Source of the DNA: Guillardia theta CCMP2712
Lineage: Eukaryota; Protista; Cryptophyta
Length of the DNA stretch: 64,000 nucleotides
Reading direction: 5' to 3'
NCBI RefSeq assembly: GCF_000315625.1
Contig: NW_005434669.1
Location: 62,001 to 126,000, forward strand
Shown piece by piece: positions 10,178 through 23,868 of this stretch. The notes under the pieces are model-generated. The model saw only the letters and a program-made list of their open reading frames with translations. It searched no databases and was not told the DNA's origin. The position numbers and the translations under genes were made by a program. Numbering within the stretch: position 1 is the stretch's first letter; every line of letters starts with the position of its first letter.

Positions 10178-13100
10178 GCTCTGCTTCCTCGCTTTGCGGT
10201 GGTCTGGAAGGGAGAGTGACGAGTCAGGGGAGCAAGGAGGAGGGAGCGTACCTGTGGAGTGAACTCGAAACCGTATCTGCTTGAGAGTTGCATGAGAAGA
10301 GCTTCGTATCGATCCACCAGCTTCGTCATCTCGTTATGGTTGTACTTGAGGTCTTCGATTTCATCGAAGAATGCCTGTAACGAAATGTTACTCTCCACCC
10401 CCCCCTGCCTTCACCTCGCGCACCGGATCGAAGCAGTTCAGCTCTCCCTTGAGATCTTCGTTCTCTGTCTCCAGGTCTCTGATCTTGTCCCGCAGCTTCT
10501 TCATCTCCTCAAGGTCGCCATGGCTCGACATCTGCCCAGCTGTCTTGGGCAGCCTGCGCATCTCCTCCTCCAGCCGCTGCATGCATTCCTCCGCACGCTT
10601 CTCTGCTAGCCGCAAGTCGCGTCTGCTCTCGTCCCTCTCCTTCTCCAGGGCGACTTTCTCTCGTTCCGCTGCTCTCAGCTTGCTCCTCAACGCCTCTGCC
10701 TCCTCGATTGCCTCCCGCACCCTGTCAGACAAGGCCCCGTCTCCCCCAGCTGACTCCCGAGCTGAGGCCAAGTCGGACTCAAGACGGTTGACTCGCCGGC
10801 TCTTCTCTGTCAATCTGACAGCAAGTCAAGAGCCTTGATTCACTTTCTTCTCGTCCCCCCCTGCCCCTCATCCATACTACCTCCGACTCTCATCACTCCC
10901 TCCTGGTCCATCTCCCGTCCTTCCTCTCCACTCCCCTCCTTCCCTTCCTCTCCTCTCCCCTCCTCCCACAGATCCCGACTTTCCACTCCCCTTTCCCTTC
11001 CTCAACTCCTCACCTGTCCTGAAGGTCTTTGGAGGTCTCTTGTTCCGCTGGAATACAGTCAGCTCTCCTCCTCTGAGCAGGCGGCTGCCTGACCTTTGAG
11101 CTGTCGCTCTAAGCTCCGAACCTTCTCGTCAAGTTTTGCCTTCTTCTCCACCTGCAGGTCCATGAGGACACAGTAGGACGAGAAAGCGCTAGTAAGGAGG
11201 AAGGAGGAGGGGGTGAAAGAGGGTTTGCAGGCATGAGGAGGAGAGGGGAGACAAGAGGGCAGGGCAGGGCAGGGGAAGTCGAAGGAGAGTCGACGACCTG
11301 GTCCTTCATATTCAAAAGTCTTTCGTTGAGCGATGAAATCTCTTTATCCCTCTCTGCCAAAGCCTGAAAGCAGCTCAGTGCACCAACATGACCCGGCGAC
11401 GTGTACAAGCTTCAGACTCTTCGCCTCTCTGTGAAAACAGAGTCAGGGGTGTGAAGGGAAAACAAATGGAATGCTCACCTCACGCTGTCCATGTACTTGA
11501 CGTTGGTTGCACTATTTGCTTTCAAGCTCTCGTTCTCACTGGGAGCAGGAAGTCAGCCTCACATCGAGAATGAAACTCCTCACCGATGAAGCTTCTCCAT
11601 CGCAATCTTCGTCGACCGCACGAATCGCTCCATCTCCTCCTCCTCCTTCGTCTTCTTCTTCCCGGGCTGCTGCAAGTGAGGGGAGCGGGCAAGAACAACG
11701 GACCTCACCTTGGAGTCAAGACCCTCCGCCTTCCCCACAGCAAGAGGAAGCGCCTCCAGCTCCCGAACGCGTCGTTTCCATCGCTCGAGTCGGAGGTCAG
11801 AGTGCTCAGTCTCGAAGCGAAGTCGGACAAGCTCGTTCTGAGCCCCGAGAAGCTCGTTCTCCAAGTTCTCGTTCCTCGTCCTCAGCTCTGCGATCGATGT
11901 CTCGAGGCGCTTCATCTGCATTTGCCCTCAGCGCGAGTACATGGAGGAAGGGGCAGGAAGAAGAGGGAGGTTTCGGAAAGGGGGTTCGAGACTGAAGGGG
12001 AGGGCAGAGGAGGAGCAAGAGACTGAGTGCGTTTAAAGACCTCTCGTGACTTCTCTCGCATGTAGGAATTCTCATCATCGATCGCTCGCAGCTGCTGTGC
12101 TTGCGATTGGTTTGTCTCCTGCAGCTCCTTGATTTGCTTCTCTAGCATGTTCACCGTCTGCCTTTGCTGTTCCACCTTGATCTTCCTGCAACGCTCCTGT
12201 TACTCCCTTCCCACGCTGAGCATCATGTCTTACCCTTCAACGTTGAGCTCTTTCAGCAATTGATCGTTTCGCTCCTCGACCTCCATCACTTTCCTCTCTG
12301 CCTCTCTCACCCTCGCCAGGACTTCGTCGGAGTCTGCGGGCTGTCCGGCACCACGTAATTGAGCTCGGAGCTGCTTCTTGTCCTCTTCAAGGATCTCAGC
12401 TCTCTGCCGAAGTCTCTCGGCTTCTTTCTCCATCCTCTCTTTGTCAACTGCCACCAAGTCAGAGGATGAAGGCAGGAAGAGAAGCTGGAGCACCTGCATG
12501 CTGCTTCTCCAGCGTCTCGTTCTGCTTGCGAGCATTTTGCAAAGAATTTTGCAGCTTCTCAACTTTCGCTTCCAGTCGTTTCTCGGACTCCCACTTTCGC
12601 ATCGCGTTCTCTCTCTCCCCCTCCGCTCCTCCTCGTGCCGGCTCAGGCACTGTGCTCGGCCTCTCGGCCCGGGAAGAAGTCGCTTCTCGGATCTTCTTTT
12701 CCAGCTCTAGGATCTTGCTCGTGTCTTGCTGGGTAGAATTCTCGAGCCTCTTGACAGCCTCCTGGGCTTCTCTCTGCAGCCTCTGCGCCTTCTTGAGGTC
12801 TGTAGCTTGACGGCGGATGGTCGACTCTAGAGACTCTTTCTCCTTGACGAGATTGGAGCTCTTCGTCTGCTCCTCCTCCAGCTGTTTCTTCACATCGCTG
12901 AACCTTGACCTGAGGGACGTCAACTTTGACTCCAGCGCGTCAACTTGCTCTTTGAGCTTCGCCGACTGCGCGACCAGGGCAGCATCCGTTCCATCCCCTG
13001 CGGGACCTCGCATCCCTTCCACCTCAGCCTTCGCCTTCACCTCGGCAGCATCGAGCATTTCCTGTTTGAGCGATGCGATGGCAGATTTCATTTCCTGTCG

Positions 13101-16100
13101 AGAGGAAGATGAGCAGGGGGAGGGGAAGAGACGATGAGATTACCTGCTGCTTCTTGTCCTTCTCTGCCAGCTGATTCTTGAGCTTCAGGACCAAAGTTTC
13201 CAGCACCTGCCATGCAAGGTCAGCGCAAGCGGAGGTATATGCAGAAGAGACTCACCTGACTTGGCTTACGGCCCTCCGACTTCTTGATTTCTTCATCTTT
13301 GATCTTTATCTCCTCTTCCTTCATCTTGAGGTTCTCTTCCAGCCTCTCCTTCGTGCGTGAAAGCTCTTCGTTCCTCCTGTTGAGACTCTGCAGTTCGCCG
13401 TTGAGGGCAGAGATGACCTGATCCTTCTCAGCAAAGATGGCATCAGCATCAGCAGAGGCTGTGCTGTGGAGAATGTTGATGTTTCCATGCCCGGCCGTGC
13501 GAGACCGCAGGTTAGAAAGCGCTTCCTGTGTCTTTGCAGCCAACTTCTCCCTCAGCTCCTCGATCGTCGCGTTGTCCAGCTCCTTCTGGCTCATGTACTC
13601 TTCTCTCGCTTGTCGGAGCTGCTCCTGGTACTTGGTGATCATCTCGTTCTTCCTCTTGTTGTTCTTCTCGAGCCTCTCAATCGTCAGCCTCGCCACCTCC
13701 TGCGTGTGTTGAGCGGCTTCTGTGAGACCTGCCTGACTGTCGCCCATGTCAAACTTCGACTTTACCTCGCTCTCTCCTCGATAGGAAACATCCTCAAGAT
13801 CCTTGTTGAGCCTTTCGATCTCGTCCTCCTTGTCCTTGAGCTTCTCCGTTAGGGCGATCAGCTCGTTTCTCATCGCTATGATGGCTTCATGGTCCATCGC
13901 TCGCGCCTCAGCTGCTGAAAGTTCCGGCGGCACCTCGACCTTACTCTTGGAGGAGTGAGAGGAGGGGACTCTACGTAGCGTTGCCCTGCCCTCCATCGCA
14001 TGAGACATCATCGAGCCCTTCCCAGGCATCATGTCTTCTCTCGCTGCGAGCTCCAGCTCCTTGATCTTGCTCTTCAACGCCTCCATTTCAGTCGCTCTCT
14101 TGGCTTCAGCTCCATCCTTCTCCGCCTGCAGGATTATCACCTGCTCCTCAAGCTTTCTCACTTCCTTCTCATTTTGCTGGCACAAGTGTTCCAGATGATT
14201 CTCACGCTCTTGCATCTGACGGACTTGCCGTGAAAGCCGAAGACTCTCGAGCTTGTAGCTTGTCAGCTCGTCTGTCTGTTGGGACAGGCGTTGGAGCACA
14301 GGCTGCATGTTGGAGCTACCGGAAGCACCGCCAGCTTCCCGCAGCTGCTCCATCAGCTGCTTAGCAAACGCCTTCTGATCGTCCAGCTGCACCTTGAGCG
14401 AGGCCGCCTTGTGCTCAGCATCCTCGATCTTCTTCTTCGCGTCCGTCAGATCTTCTAGAGCCTTCTGCTTCTGGTCCGTCAGGTCTCGCAGACTCTGCGC
14501 CCACTCGTCCGCCTGGTCGAGGGAGATGGAGCCGGCAAGTCGTGCCCTCTGCTCCTCCACTTGGCGCTCAAGGGCTCGAATGGTGTTGTGCGACTCGTCG
14601 GAGATCGAGAAGACTTGACTGCTCTTCTTCTCCAGCATCTCCTCCAGGCGGATCGCGTAATCGTCCATGCGAGCAAGTTCCTTGTCCAGGTTGGAGAGCT
14701 TCGACTTCATCTCGTGGATCTGCCGCTCGCGGTCCATCACCTGCCGCTGCAGAGCTCCAGTCTCTGCGCTCTCATCGGACTCGGAGTGGAGCCGGGAGAG
14801 GCACTGACGGAGGGCGTCAAGCTCCTCCGCATGCGCCATGTGCAGCTCCTCCATTGCCTTCGCCTGATCAGTCGCGAGGTCCGCGATCTCTTGCAGCTGG
14901 CTGACTTTGATGTTGAGCTCCGAGATTTCTCCCTCCTGCGCCTGCATTTTAGTTTTCCACTCCTTGGCCTGCTCGGCGGAGATGCTTCCCTCCATCCTCT
15001 GCCTCAGCTCGTTCTCAGTCTCCTCCAGCTCGTGGATGCGAGAGACGTGCTCGATGGACTCGTCCTCTAGAGCCGCGATCCTCTCCTGGATCCTCAGGTT
15101 GTCCTTCTCCATACTCTGCATCCTCTCCAGCGCCAACTCCGCTCGGCGGACGGCATTTCTCTCGGAGACCTCAAGCTTGATCACTTTCTGCGAGAGAGCA
15201 GCGAGCTGCTGCTGGTTCTGGTTGGAATCTCCTGTTGCCAGCTGCTCCAGGCGGGACTCCAACGACGAGGCCTTCTCGCTTGCCTCCTGCAACTTCACTT
15301 TCATCTCCGACATGTCCTGCTCAGTCCTCTCCGCACGTTTCCTGAACGCCTCCACAGAGGCGCGCTCCAGCAGAGCCTTGCTCTCTCGGCTCAGGATGGC
15401 TTTGTGCTTCTCTTGCAAGATGATGTGATCATACTTCAGCTTGTTCCATTCCTCCTTGCTCACGGTCTCAGTGAACCTTCGCTGGAACTCGTTCAATCTC
15501 CTCTCATCCGCTCTCTTGGTCCTCTCAAGGACGCCAATACGATGCTTCAGCCTTTGTTCTTGCCTCGACATCTCGATCACCAGCTCATCGTATCTGTTCC
15601 TCAGCTGCCTTGCCTCTTCGCTCTTTAGCTTCGCAACTCGATCAGCAGTGTCCTGGTCAGCTTGAATGAGAATCAGGTTCCTCTCCGACTCAATCAATTT
15701 CCTTTTCACATCGTCTGGATGAAGATTTTCAGAGAGGTCTTGAAACTTCCTCAAAGCTGAAAACGCTTTCTTGCTCTCTTGCTCGCTCTTGTCTCGCTCT
15801 GTCGCTAATTTCTTCCGCAAGGCTTCAATCTCTGACTCAAGTCCTCCGACCTTCTGTGCGTATTCTTTGTAGATCAGGAGCTGTTGAGTCTTGATAACGT
15901 CGAGATCTTCTCTGTTTCTCTTCATCTCCTCCTTGCTCTTGGCGAGCTCATCTTCCTTGTTGCCAAGATCATCCAAAGTTTGTATCAAGTATGCGTTCAG
16001 GTTTCCAATCTCCTGATTGAGCTTCTGCACAACTTCGTAAGACTCCTGAGACACGACCTCAGCAGTTTGCAACGACGTTGCCCCTAACGTCGCCTCCTTC

Positions 16101-19100
16101 GACGTCTCTTGCGGAGTCGAAACGCTTCGAGCTGGTTGGAAGGCTACCTGTGTGGAAGCAATGCCAGCATTCATTCTGATCTTCTTCAGTTGATCCCTTG
16201 CATCGTCCCTCTCTGACCTCACTTCCACCAGATCTTCAGTCTTCCGTGTCAAGTCCTCGTTCAACCTGCGGATTTCTGACTCGCGCGACTCGATTCTTTC
16301 CTTTGCAATGTCGTAGAGGTTCTGCAAGTTCTCCAGCTGTTTCTCAAGTTGCGCCACTTTCTTCTTCGGTGCTTCAACGAATTCAACCGTCAGGTCAATC
16401 TGACTCTTGCGCGAGTCTCCGGGAGACGCGTACACCGCATTCCCGTTGCTATCAAGCAGATCAAACCAGCCACTTGTGGATCCTCCCCAAACTTCCTTGT
16501 CCAACTTGCCAAAGTCAGAGACGCGAAGCTCGACTTTGCCGAGCAATTGACTGTCGTCTTGAAGATTTTGGGGTCCGACTTCAAAGACATTCACAACCAT
16601 GACATCTGTATTCCGGTTCTGCACGACGAAACTGAACGACTCGTCGAAGGACGGATTGTTGGTGTTCGACTGCGTCTGGCTCTTTCGAGTGTCTCTTGAC
16701 TGCTTCGTCGAAAGACTCAAGTAGCACCTCTGTCTTGGCAGATTCTTGCAAGACCTTACATGCACCTGAAGGCTAGCTTCGTTTCCTAACTCTCCTTCCC
16801 TTAGCGCCTTGGACAGCTGCTCTACAATATTGTTCGATCCGAACAGCATCGGAGGAGGTACGTAAGACATAGCAGCACGAGACGGTGTCCCCTGCAACAG
16901 CGGCTGGCCCTTGGAAGCTTCTGGCTTCCCCGTGCTAGATCCTCCTGATGGTGTTCGAGTGCCCCGCCCACCTCCCGACTGTGAACCAGCAGCAGTAGAT
17001 GAAGAAGACTGACCATCACCAGCCGGTTGCAAACCTGAGGAAGCAGCTTGAGGAGCAGCTGAAGGAGCAGCTTGAGGAGCAGCTGAAGAAGCAGCTTGAG
17101 AAGCAGCTGAAGGAGCAGCTTGAGAAGCAGCTGAAGGAGCAGCTTGAGGAGCAGCTGGAGGTTTTCCAGCAGCACGGGAGGGCTGGTTTCCTTCGCTGAC
17201 ATCCATAGCATCGGTAGCTGCTGCAGCTTCCTCTGGTAGAGCTTGTTCTTGCACGTAAGGACCAGATTGAGAGAGTTGTTCCATGTAAGCGAACTGCTGG
17301 GAGTAGGCCTGTGACAAGCCATCCTTAAGAGCTTGCAGGTCTTGAATAGCTCCTCGAATCGTATTTTTACTCCTGAGGTCGTCTTCAAGAGCCTCGTTCT
17401 TCTCTAGAGCGTCTGAGAGAGCTTTCTGGGTCTCCTTCAGCTCTCTCTCTTTCTCCTCCAGCCTCTGTTCCAGCTTGCGCACCCTGTTCTTCTCCCCAGC
17501 TGAAGGTCCCGAGTCCATCAGAGGCCCGTCGATCCCACTCTTGAGCTGTTCAGCGAATGCATCGAGCTTTTCAATGTCAGCAGCCGACATTCCGAGCCGA
17601 GCAGCTCGTTCTCCCCGCTGCAGAGACAAATGTCGAAGTTGCGATTTCATCTCCAACCGCTCAGTCTCGAGGGCCTCAACTTCTCGCTCGAGCTGCAAGG
17701 TAGCTGCTTTCGCCTTCTCCAGTTCCATCGCAGTCTTCACCTTGTACGCTGAGATGTCCAGGCGGAAACCTGGTTTGTGATCAGTCCATTCAAGTTCACT
17801 GCCTTGATCGAGCTCGTTGACAGGCAAGAAGTCCACGTTCTTGAGAGAAGGGTCGATGCGCTTTAGCTGATCTCGAAGTAATCTGACCTCTTCGTACAAG
17901 TCTTCGATCTTCCTCCACGACTCATTCAGATCCTTCATACGGGAACTGATCTTTCCATGAGAGGTCTCGAGCTCACGTTTGAGCTCCCTAATCTTACTCA
18001 TTGCATCAGACAAGCCAAAGGTCCCACTCTCGAGCTTGGAAATGTGGCTCTCCAACTCAAGGATCTGGTTTTGAGCATCGGCAAGCTGATTCTCCAGGTC
18101 TGATTTTCTCCTCTCTGCTTCGTTCATCTCCTCTTGACGCGCAAAGAAAGCAGTCCGAACTTCATTCTCACGAGCACGATAATGCATCTGCATCCGTTTT
18201 TCAACTTTCTTCTCTTCTTCAGCAGCTTTGTTCAACTGAGTTCGAATGGTCTTGTTTTCTTTTTGCAGCTGGACGTATTTATCAAGCAGCTCACTCTTCT
18301 CTGATTGCAACTGCTCGATCTGATTCTGCATTTCTTCTCGTCTACGTTCAGCCTCATTGTGCTTCTTCTCAGCTTCCATCTTTCGGATTGTGGACAGCGC
18401 TTTCTGAAGTTCAGCTTCTCGTGCGGCAAGTTCGCCAGCTCTGTGGGCGGACTCTTCCTTCAAAGACTTCACCTTTTGAGAGATCTGCTGCATGAGAGCC
18501 TCGTGGTCTTCTTCCCGCTGATCTTCTCGAACCGTCAACTCCGCAACTTTGTCTCTCAGCTGCCTGTTCTCGGACTCCAGATCTTCTTTTGTCTTCGTGA
18601 CTTTATCCAGAGCTGTTCGAGTGGTTTCCAGCTGCTCACTGACTGACGCACGATCCATTGTGATTAATTCCAGCTCATCTTTCGTAGTTTTCAAGGCATC
18701 TTCAAGTTCGCCATTTTTCTCAGTAATCGCCTGGATTTCCTTGATATACTTGAGGACGTTCTTGGTAGATTTCTGCTTGAGTTCATTCGCTTTTGCGCCC
18801 TTCCTCTGGAGATCTTGCTTTTCTACTGTGAGATCCTCTACCTGAGTCTCCAGCTCCCTGATTTGACTCTTCAGATCATCAAGGTCTCTCCGGGCCTTGC
18901 TCAGTTCAGAGTCCAAATCTTTAGTTTTACCAACCTCGTTTGCCAAGTTCCTCTTTGCAGTATTGAGCTCTTCCTTGGTTGACTCAAGTTGTCTCTCAAG
19001 TATCTTGACTTCTGTGTCTGACCTCAGTGTGGACGATTGGAGAGGAGTATCGCCTCTAGTGCGACTAGCGGCGTTTGTTGTGTACGCTGCTTCCAGCTCT

Positions 19101-19949
19101 TGTGTATAGCTCGACATCTCTTCGTCCATTTCAGCGATTTTCTCCAACTGAATTCGGTTCTCATCCTTCGCTTTCTTCAATTCGTCCTTGGTCTTCTTCA
19201 ATTTCTTCTTCGTGTCGGCATGTCCGTCCTCCTCTTCCTGGAGCTTGACGGATTTGATCTCCATGATGACCTGAGCAAGTTGGAACAAGTAAAGAGCATC
19301 GTCGATTCCCAGTTTCTGTTCTTCCTCAGAAATCTTCCATGAAGAAACAGAGTCAAAGAAGCCTTCTGCTTCGTCCATGAGTTTGTCGCGGAGATCAGCA
19401 TTCTGATTCGAATCTGCTTCTAGGAGCTTTGCAATGAGGTCTTTGTCGTTCCTTAGCTGCTGTACAAGCTGCACATCCACGTTTTTCGTTTTCTTTACGA
19501 AAACAGTCTCGTCTGCTTCTGACGACATCCTTGTCTACAGAAGCTCGATCTTTTCAAACGAAGAAAACACCTGTGGAGCAAAACCGTTCAGAAATGCAAG
19601 ACAACCGACAAACCCCACTACACTCGCTACCTCCTTGCAGAATTACTTGGAGATTGATAACACTATTTCTCGTAAAGATGCAACATCTCCACATACTACA
19701 ATTATCTTACCCTCATGCATTCTCGCAACTCAACATTTGAGAGTACTCCAGATAAGACCTCAGTATTGTTATCGTACACTTTCCGCTACTGCACCCAATC
19801 TTACAATGTTCTCCCTCCAGTTTCTTTCTCATGCTCCTTCTGCTCTACCTCCTGATACCCCTGATCCTGCTTCTCATCCTGTCCCTCCTTGCCCTCCTCC
19901 TGCTGCTCCTCCTGCGCCTCATCCGATCACTAGCCAACTTACCCGCCAT
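10174..19949 (-). CDS. CEP290: CEP290/NPHP6-like ciliary transition-zone coiled-coil protein with an internal C2 domain
   Basis: More than 2600 aa, mostly coiled coil. C-terminal signature LNCFDP|AFFDEIEDLKYNH; internal motifs ESGTFGLSDAM and LETERLEMK..LR resemble CEP290. One ~6.3-kb exon (13255-19530) plus several 3' exons. 5' micro-exons uncertain (ATG GCG G|gtaag at 19949). Confidence 0.85.
17036..17161 (-). repeat. In-frame 24-nt minisatellite encoding (AA[P/S]QAA[P/S]S)~5
   Basis: GAAGCAGCTTGAGGAGCAGCTGAA-type units inside the large CEP290 exon. Confidence 0.9.
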
Positions 19950-20419
19950 TATGGCGCCTTCAAACCGGGGGCCCACCCCTGACCCACCCCTGGATTTCCA
20001 TTTGCATTGCGGGGTACTGAATGCCCTGGACAGTGAGCTATGAGAGTAGGGGGTGATAGTTGGTACCTTTAGGGGTAGTGGATCTAAGGGTGGTTTTCAA
20101 ACTCTCGGAGCTACAAGCATGCCTCAGTGTCTCAGCTCAGGATCGACAAATTGTGCTGCCTTATGATTTGTGTAGTAATCTCTCCTGAGGCGGATTTGAT
20201 AGTTCTTTTATTTTAGTTAGAACTGCTACTGCAGGATCTTTTACCCCGATGATGAGTAAAAATGTTCTAACATCGCATGAAGTTTGTTGCATACCAGGAA
20301 GGGGGAGAGGGAGGCATGTGGGGATGGAAAAGAAACAGCAGCAGGCACATTTGAATCATACCACGTACATCACAACAATCTCAATCATATGATGCTCATG
20401 CTGTCATGATCGATTGCAT

Positions 20420-23400
20420 GATGATCATCTCCCCATCTTCATCAAACATTACAGATGCAAGTTGAGTTCATAGCTCGCTTTGCAGATGCTTTGGTAATGC
20501 TTCGTTATCAGCTCTCACGCCATCTTCCAGGATGTCGATATCTTGAGGAAGCGAACCTTGTGCATATCGGGTGAACTCGCAAGGCAATCAGCGCAAAGAT
20601 GAGGGATGGGTTCTTAGAGGCCGTTCGTTCAAGGTGACCTTTGGCTTCACGCATGGCTTCTACTTTTACATGTAACCGATCGAAACTGGCAGGAACGCCG
20701 TCTACCAGGAGAGCAGCTCCTTTGTCACGGACAATCAACGTCTGATACAACAGGTCGAGGGCCTCAAGAGGCAACTTCACAAGTACGAGCATGCTTCTCT
20801 CTCAGCTGCTCCAGTTCCCGCGTTGCGATCTGGTCCAGACGAGCTCGAAGACTGCATGAAGCTCTCCCCCCTCCTTTGGCCTCGTCTGGCATTCGGAATG
20901 CTGCAGAAACTACCGCAGATTCAGGATGCAGAGTTCGTTGAAGCGGTGCGAGCAGTCTGTGCTGAAGCGCAGGAGCAGTGGCAACGGGAGGCGGAGGGAG
21001 GGAAGCAGCATGATGGAGATGCGTCTCGCTCATGCTCTCCTGCTTCTGTTGGTGAAGTGATGAACAAGTTCGCTACGCACATGGCCAAGTGCATGATGCT
21101 GCGGGGTGATGTCAACCTGCACATGTTGCAGCGAGGATTGGTAGGAGTACCGTGCATGATATATCCCCTCCTTACACTGCATCGCAGAAACGTTTCAGGC
21201 AGCTCATGCTCGAGATCTGCTGGTCCAGAGCATCTGAGAGTGACCAGACCCTGGAAGCCTCGCAGATGGGGGGGAGAAAGGAAGTTGCACCAAACCTGAG
21301 GGTGCAAATGAGCGGAGAGTATCTAGAGACGCACCAGAAAGTCGCGCAGCTAGAGATGACGCTGTTCAGTACTCAGTCTGAACTCTTCTCTACATACCAA
21401 CAGCTTGCAAAGAGTGGGAAAGAGATCGCAGCGTTGAGGAAACAGCTGTCCTCCTTGCGAGCTGACATGATCATCATGCAGAAGCAGCTGGCAGATGAGA
21501 TCGACCTGTTCAGCCAAGTGAAGGAGGAAAACAAGGTTCAAGCTGAGATCATCAAAACTCACACCATCGTTGCTCAACAGCAGACGGCTCTCAAGGAAGA
21601 AATCGCGCTGCTCTCCGAGGATCTCGCCGCTGCAAACTCAAAGAGCAGCCTACACGAACGGAACCATCACACCGTGACTCAATGTCAACATGAGTACTCC
21701 CTTCTCTGTGATAAGTTGATGTCTCTCAGCAAGAGCTCGATCCACGAGCTTGTCAAGTGCAAGTCTTGTCAGTACGACATCTACAACCTTCAGGCAAAGT
21801 TGCAGAACTTCATCGTGGAGAATCTGTCGCAAGATCAGCAGCAGGTCGTGGAGTTTCTAAAGCAGGAAGTGTTTTCCCTCCTCCTCCGATACGACAAGGA
21901 GGATGCTCAACGGGACCCAGAAGACGCAGAGGTGTCTCTTGACAAGCTCTGGCAGGCGCTGGAAGACATCGAGCTCGATAGGAATCACATTGACAGGACT
22001 TTGAGGAAAAATCTAGCAGATGCAGAAGAGGAGAGCAAGCAGATGTCGGATCGTCTCTACACCAACTCCTCTCTCCGCAAGGAAACTCGTAGCATCTCCC
22101 TCCCCAGCGCACCCAGGTTGTGCCTCCTCCTCCTCCTCCTCCTCCTCCTCCTCCTCCTCCTCCTCCTCCTCCTCCTCCTCCTCCTCCTCCTCCTCCTCAT
22201 GAGTGGTCTCACCTAACCTGCTCCTCGTCCACCAGCTCAGTTTCAGACGGCGACGAAATTCCACGTTATGAGGCAGAGCGACAAGGAGGGATTGGAATGT
22301 CGTTCAGCACTGGGCAGGACGGGAATTTCTACATCATGGGGTTGAGAAACGGCTCGCCAGCTGCTGTTTGTGGGCAGATCAAGGTGGGAAACGAGCTGAA
22401 GGAGAGCTGAGAGGAGGAGATGAGGTAACTGCTCGCTGTCTTTGACAGGCGGGGGATATTCTCCTCAATGTCGATGGGGTCGACGTGGATAGAGCAAGCA
22501 GATCATACGGTGAATGTCATGCTCCTGATGGTGATGGCGATGTTAATTTTAATGTTGATGGTGATGGTGATGGTGATGGTGATGGAGAGAGGATGTTTGT
22601 TATGGGACAAAGCATACATTAGAGAGGTGGCATGTGACATTGTCGATGTCAGGAAAACATCTTTCACAGCTGGACGTTGCGAATCTTCTACGTGGGCCGG
22701 TAAACATCTGGAGATTGTGGAGGAGGAGGAGGAGGAGGAGGAGGAGGATTGGTCATGAAGATAACGATTTGACAAAGGTTGGATCGAAAGTGAGAATGAA
22801 ACTTTCAAGAAAAGCAGGCGAAGGTGAAAAACTACCTTGTCTTTAGACGTCTTCCCCACCTTGCTTCTTCTTTTCTTTCGTTCTGACTTGATTACTTGAA
22901 TAGATGCAGATGACGGTCAGTGATCGATCCATCACTTTCCCCCACTCTCTCTCACTCTTTCATCCCCCTCCTCCATCCTCTCTTGTACGTCACTCTTCCT
23001 TCACCTCCTCCCTCCTCCCTCTTCGTTTCCCCACTTCATTTCTCATTTCTCTAAATTGCCGTTGCATATGCGTCTCCAGTGTCTGGATGTTACGAAGTTA
23101 CTCTCATCAGAGTTCCGCTCGATGGTGTACGGAGTGCAGGTGCAACAATCTCCTTCCTCCCTCCGCCCTCCCCACCTCCCCTTCCCTCCTCCTCCTCTTA
23201 TCTCTCTCCTCTCTCCTCTCTCCTCTCTCCTCTCTCCTCTCTCCTCTCTCCGCTCGCCTCTCTTCTCCTCCTCCCCTTCCTTCTCCTCCTGCTTCCCTCT
23301 TCCCCCACCTCTACACGCTTCCTCGTTCTCTCCTCCGTCTTCCCTCATATCTCTACAGGAGTGAACTCTCCTCGGCACCCCGGCCCATCTCTTCATCGCA

Positions 23401-23534
23401 GGCCTCGTGGGCTCTTTGCCTTGCAGCACTCGCACAGCTCCTCATCCATCTCACCTTCTCCGCTTCAGAGGAGGTGCCAGTCCTTACAACTTTGTTCACT
23501 CCTCCGTTCCACCTGCTGTGTTACATTCCCTCTA

Positions 23535-23623
<89 letters not shown>

Positions 23624-23784
23624 TGCTCCTGCTCCTGCTCTGTTTTGTCGTGCCCTGTTGTTCTCTTGGTGTACTTCATGTACATATTTCAACTTCATCG
23701 TTCATCTCCTCCTCTCACCCTCCTCTCTTCTCGCTGACTCCTATCTCTCGCAGTGACGATCAAAAGCGACACTCTAAGTCATGA
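20420..23784 (+). CDS. Coiled-coil protein with C-terminal PDZ domain
   Basis: Coiled-coil exon 21300-22115, then GGIGMSFSTGQDGNFYIMGLRNGSPAAVCGQIK|AGDILLNVDGVD...LDVANLLRGP|VGSKVRMKLSR, a typical PDZ pattern. Start approximate. Confidence 0.75.
22123..22198. repeat. (CCT)~25 microsatellite, intronic
   Basis: Follows the CCAG|gttgtg donor; produces spurious poly-L/P/E ORFs. Confidence 0.95.
23536..23640. repeat. (CTCCTG)n microsatellite, intronic
   Basis: Directly visible hexamer array. Confidence 0.95.
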
Positions 23785-23868
23785 AGCTTCATTGTCTCAT
23801 CTCTCCTTCAATCTCGTCTTATGTTCGCATCTCATAATAATTCTCTCCCATCCTTGTCCAGCTACTCC

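Noticed and set aside
22013-23784. Poly-E/P/L/S and PA/SR-repeat ORFs in the six-frame track
   Set aside because: Translations of intronic microsatellites.
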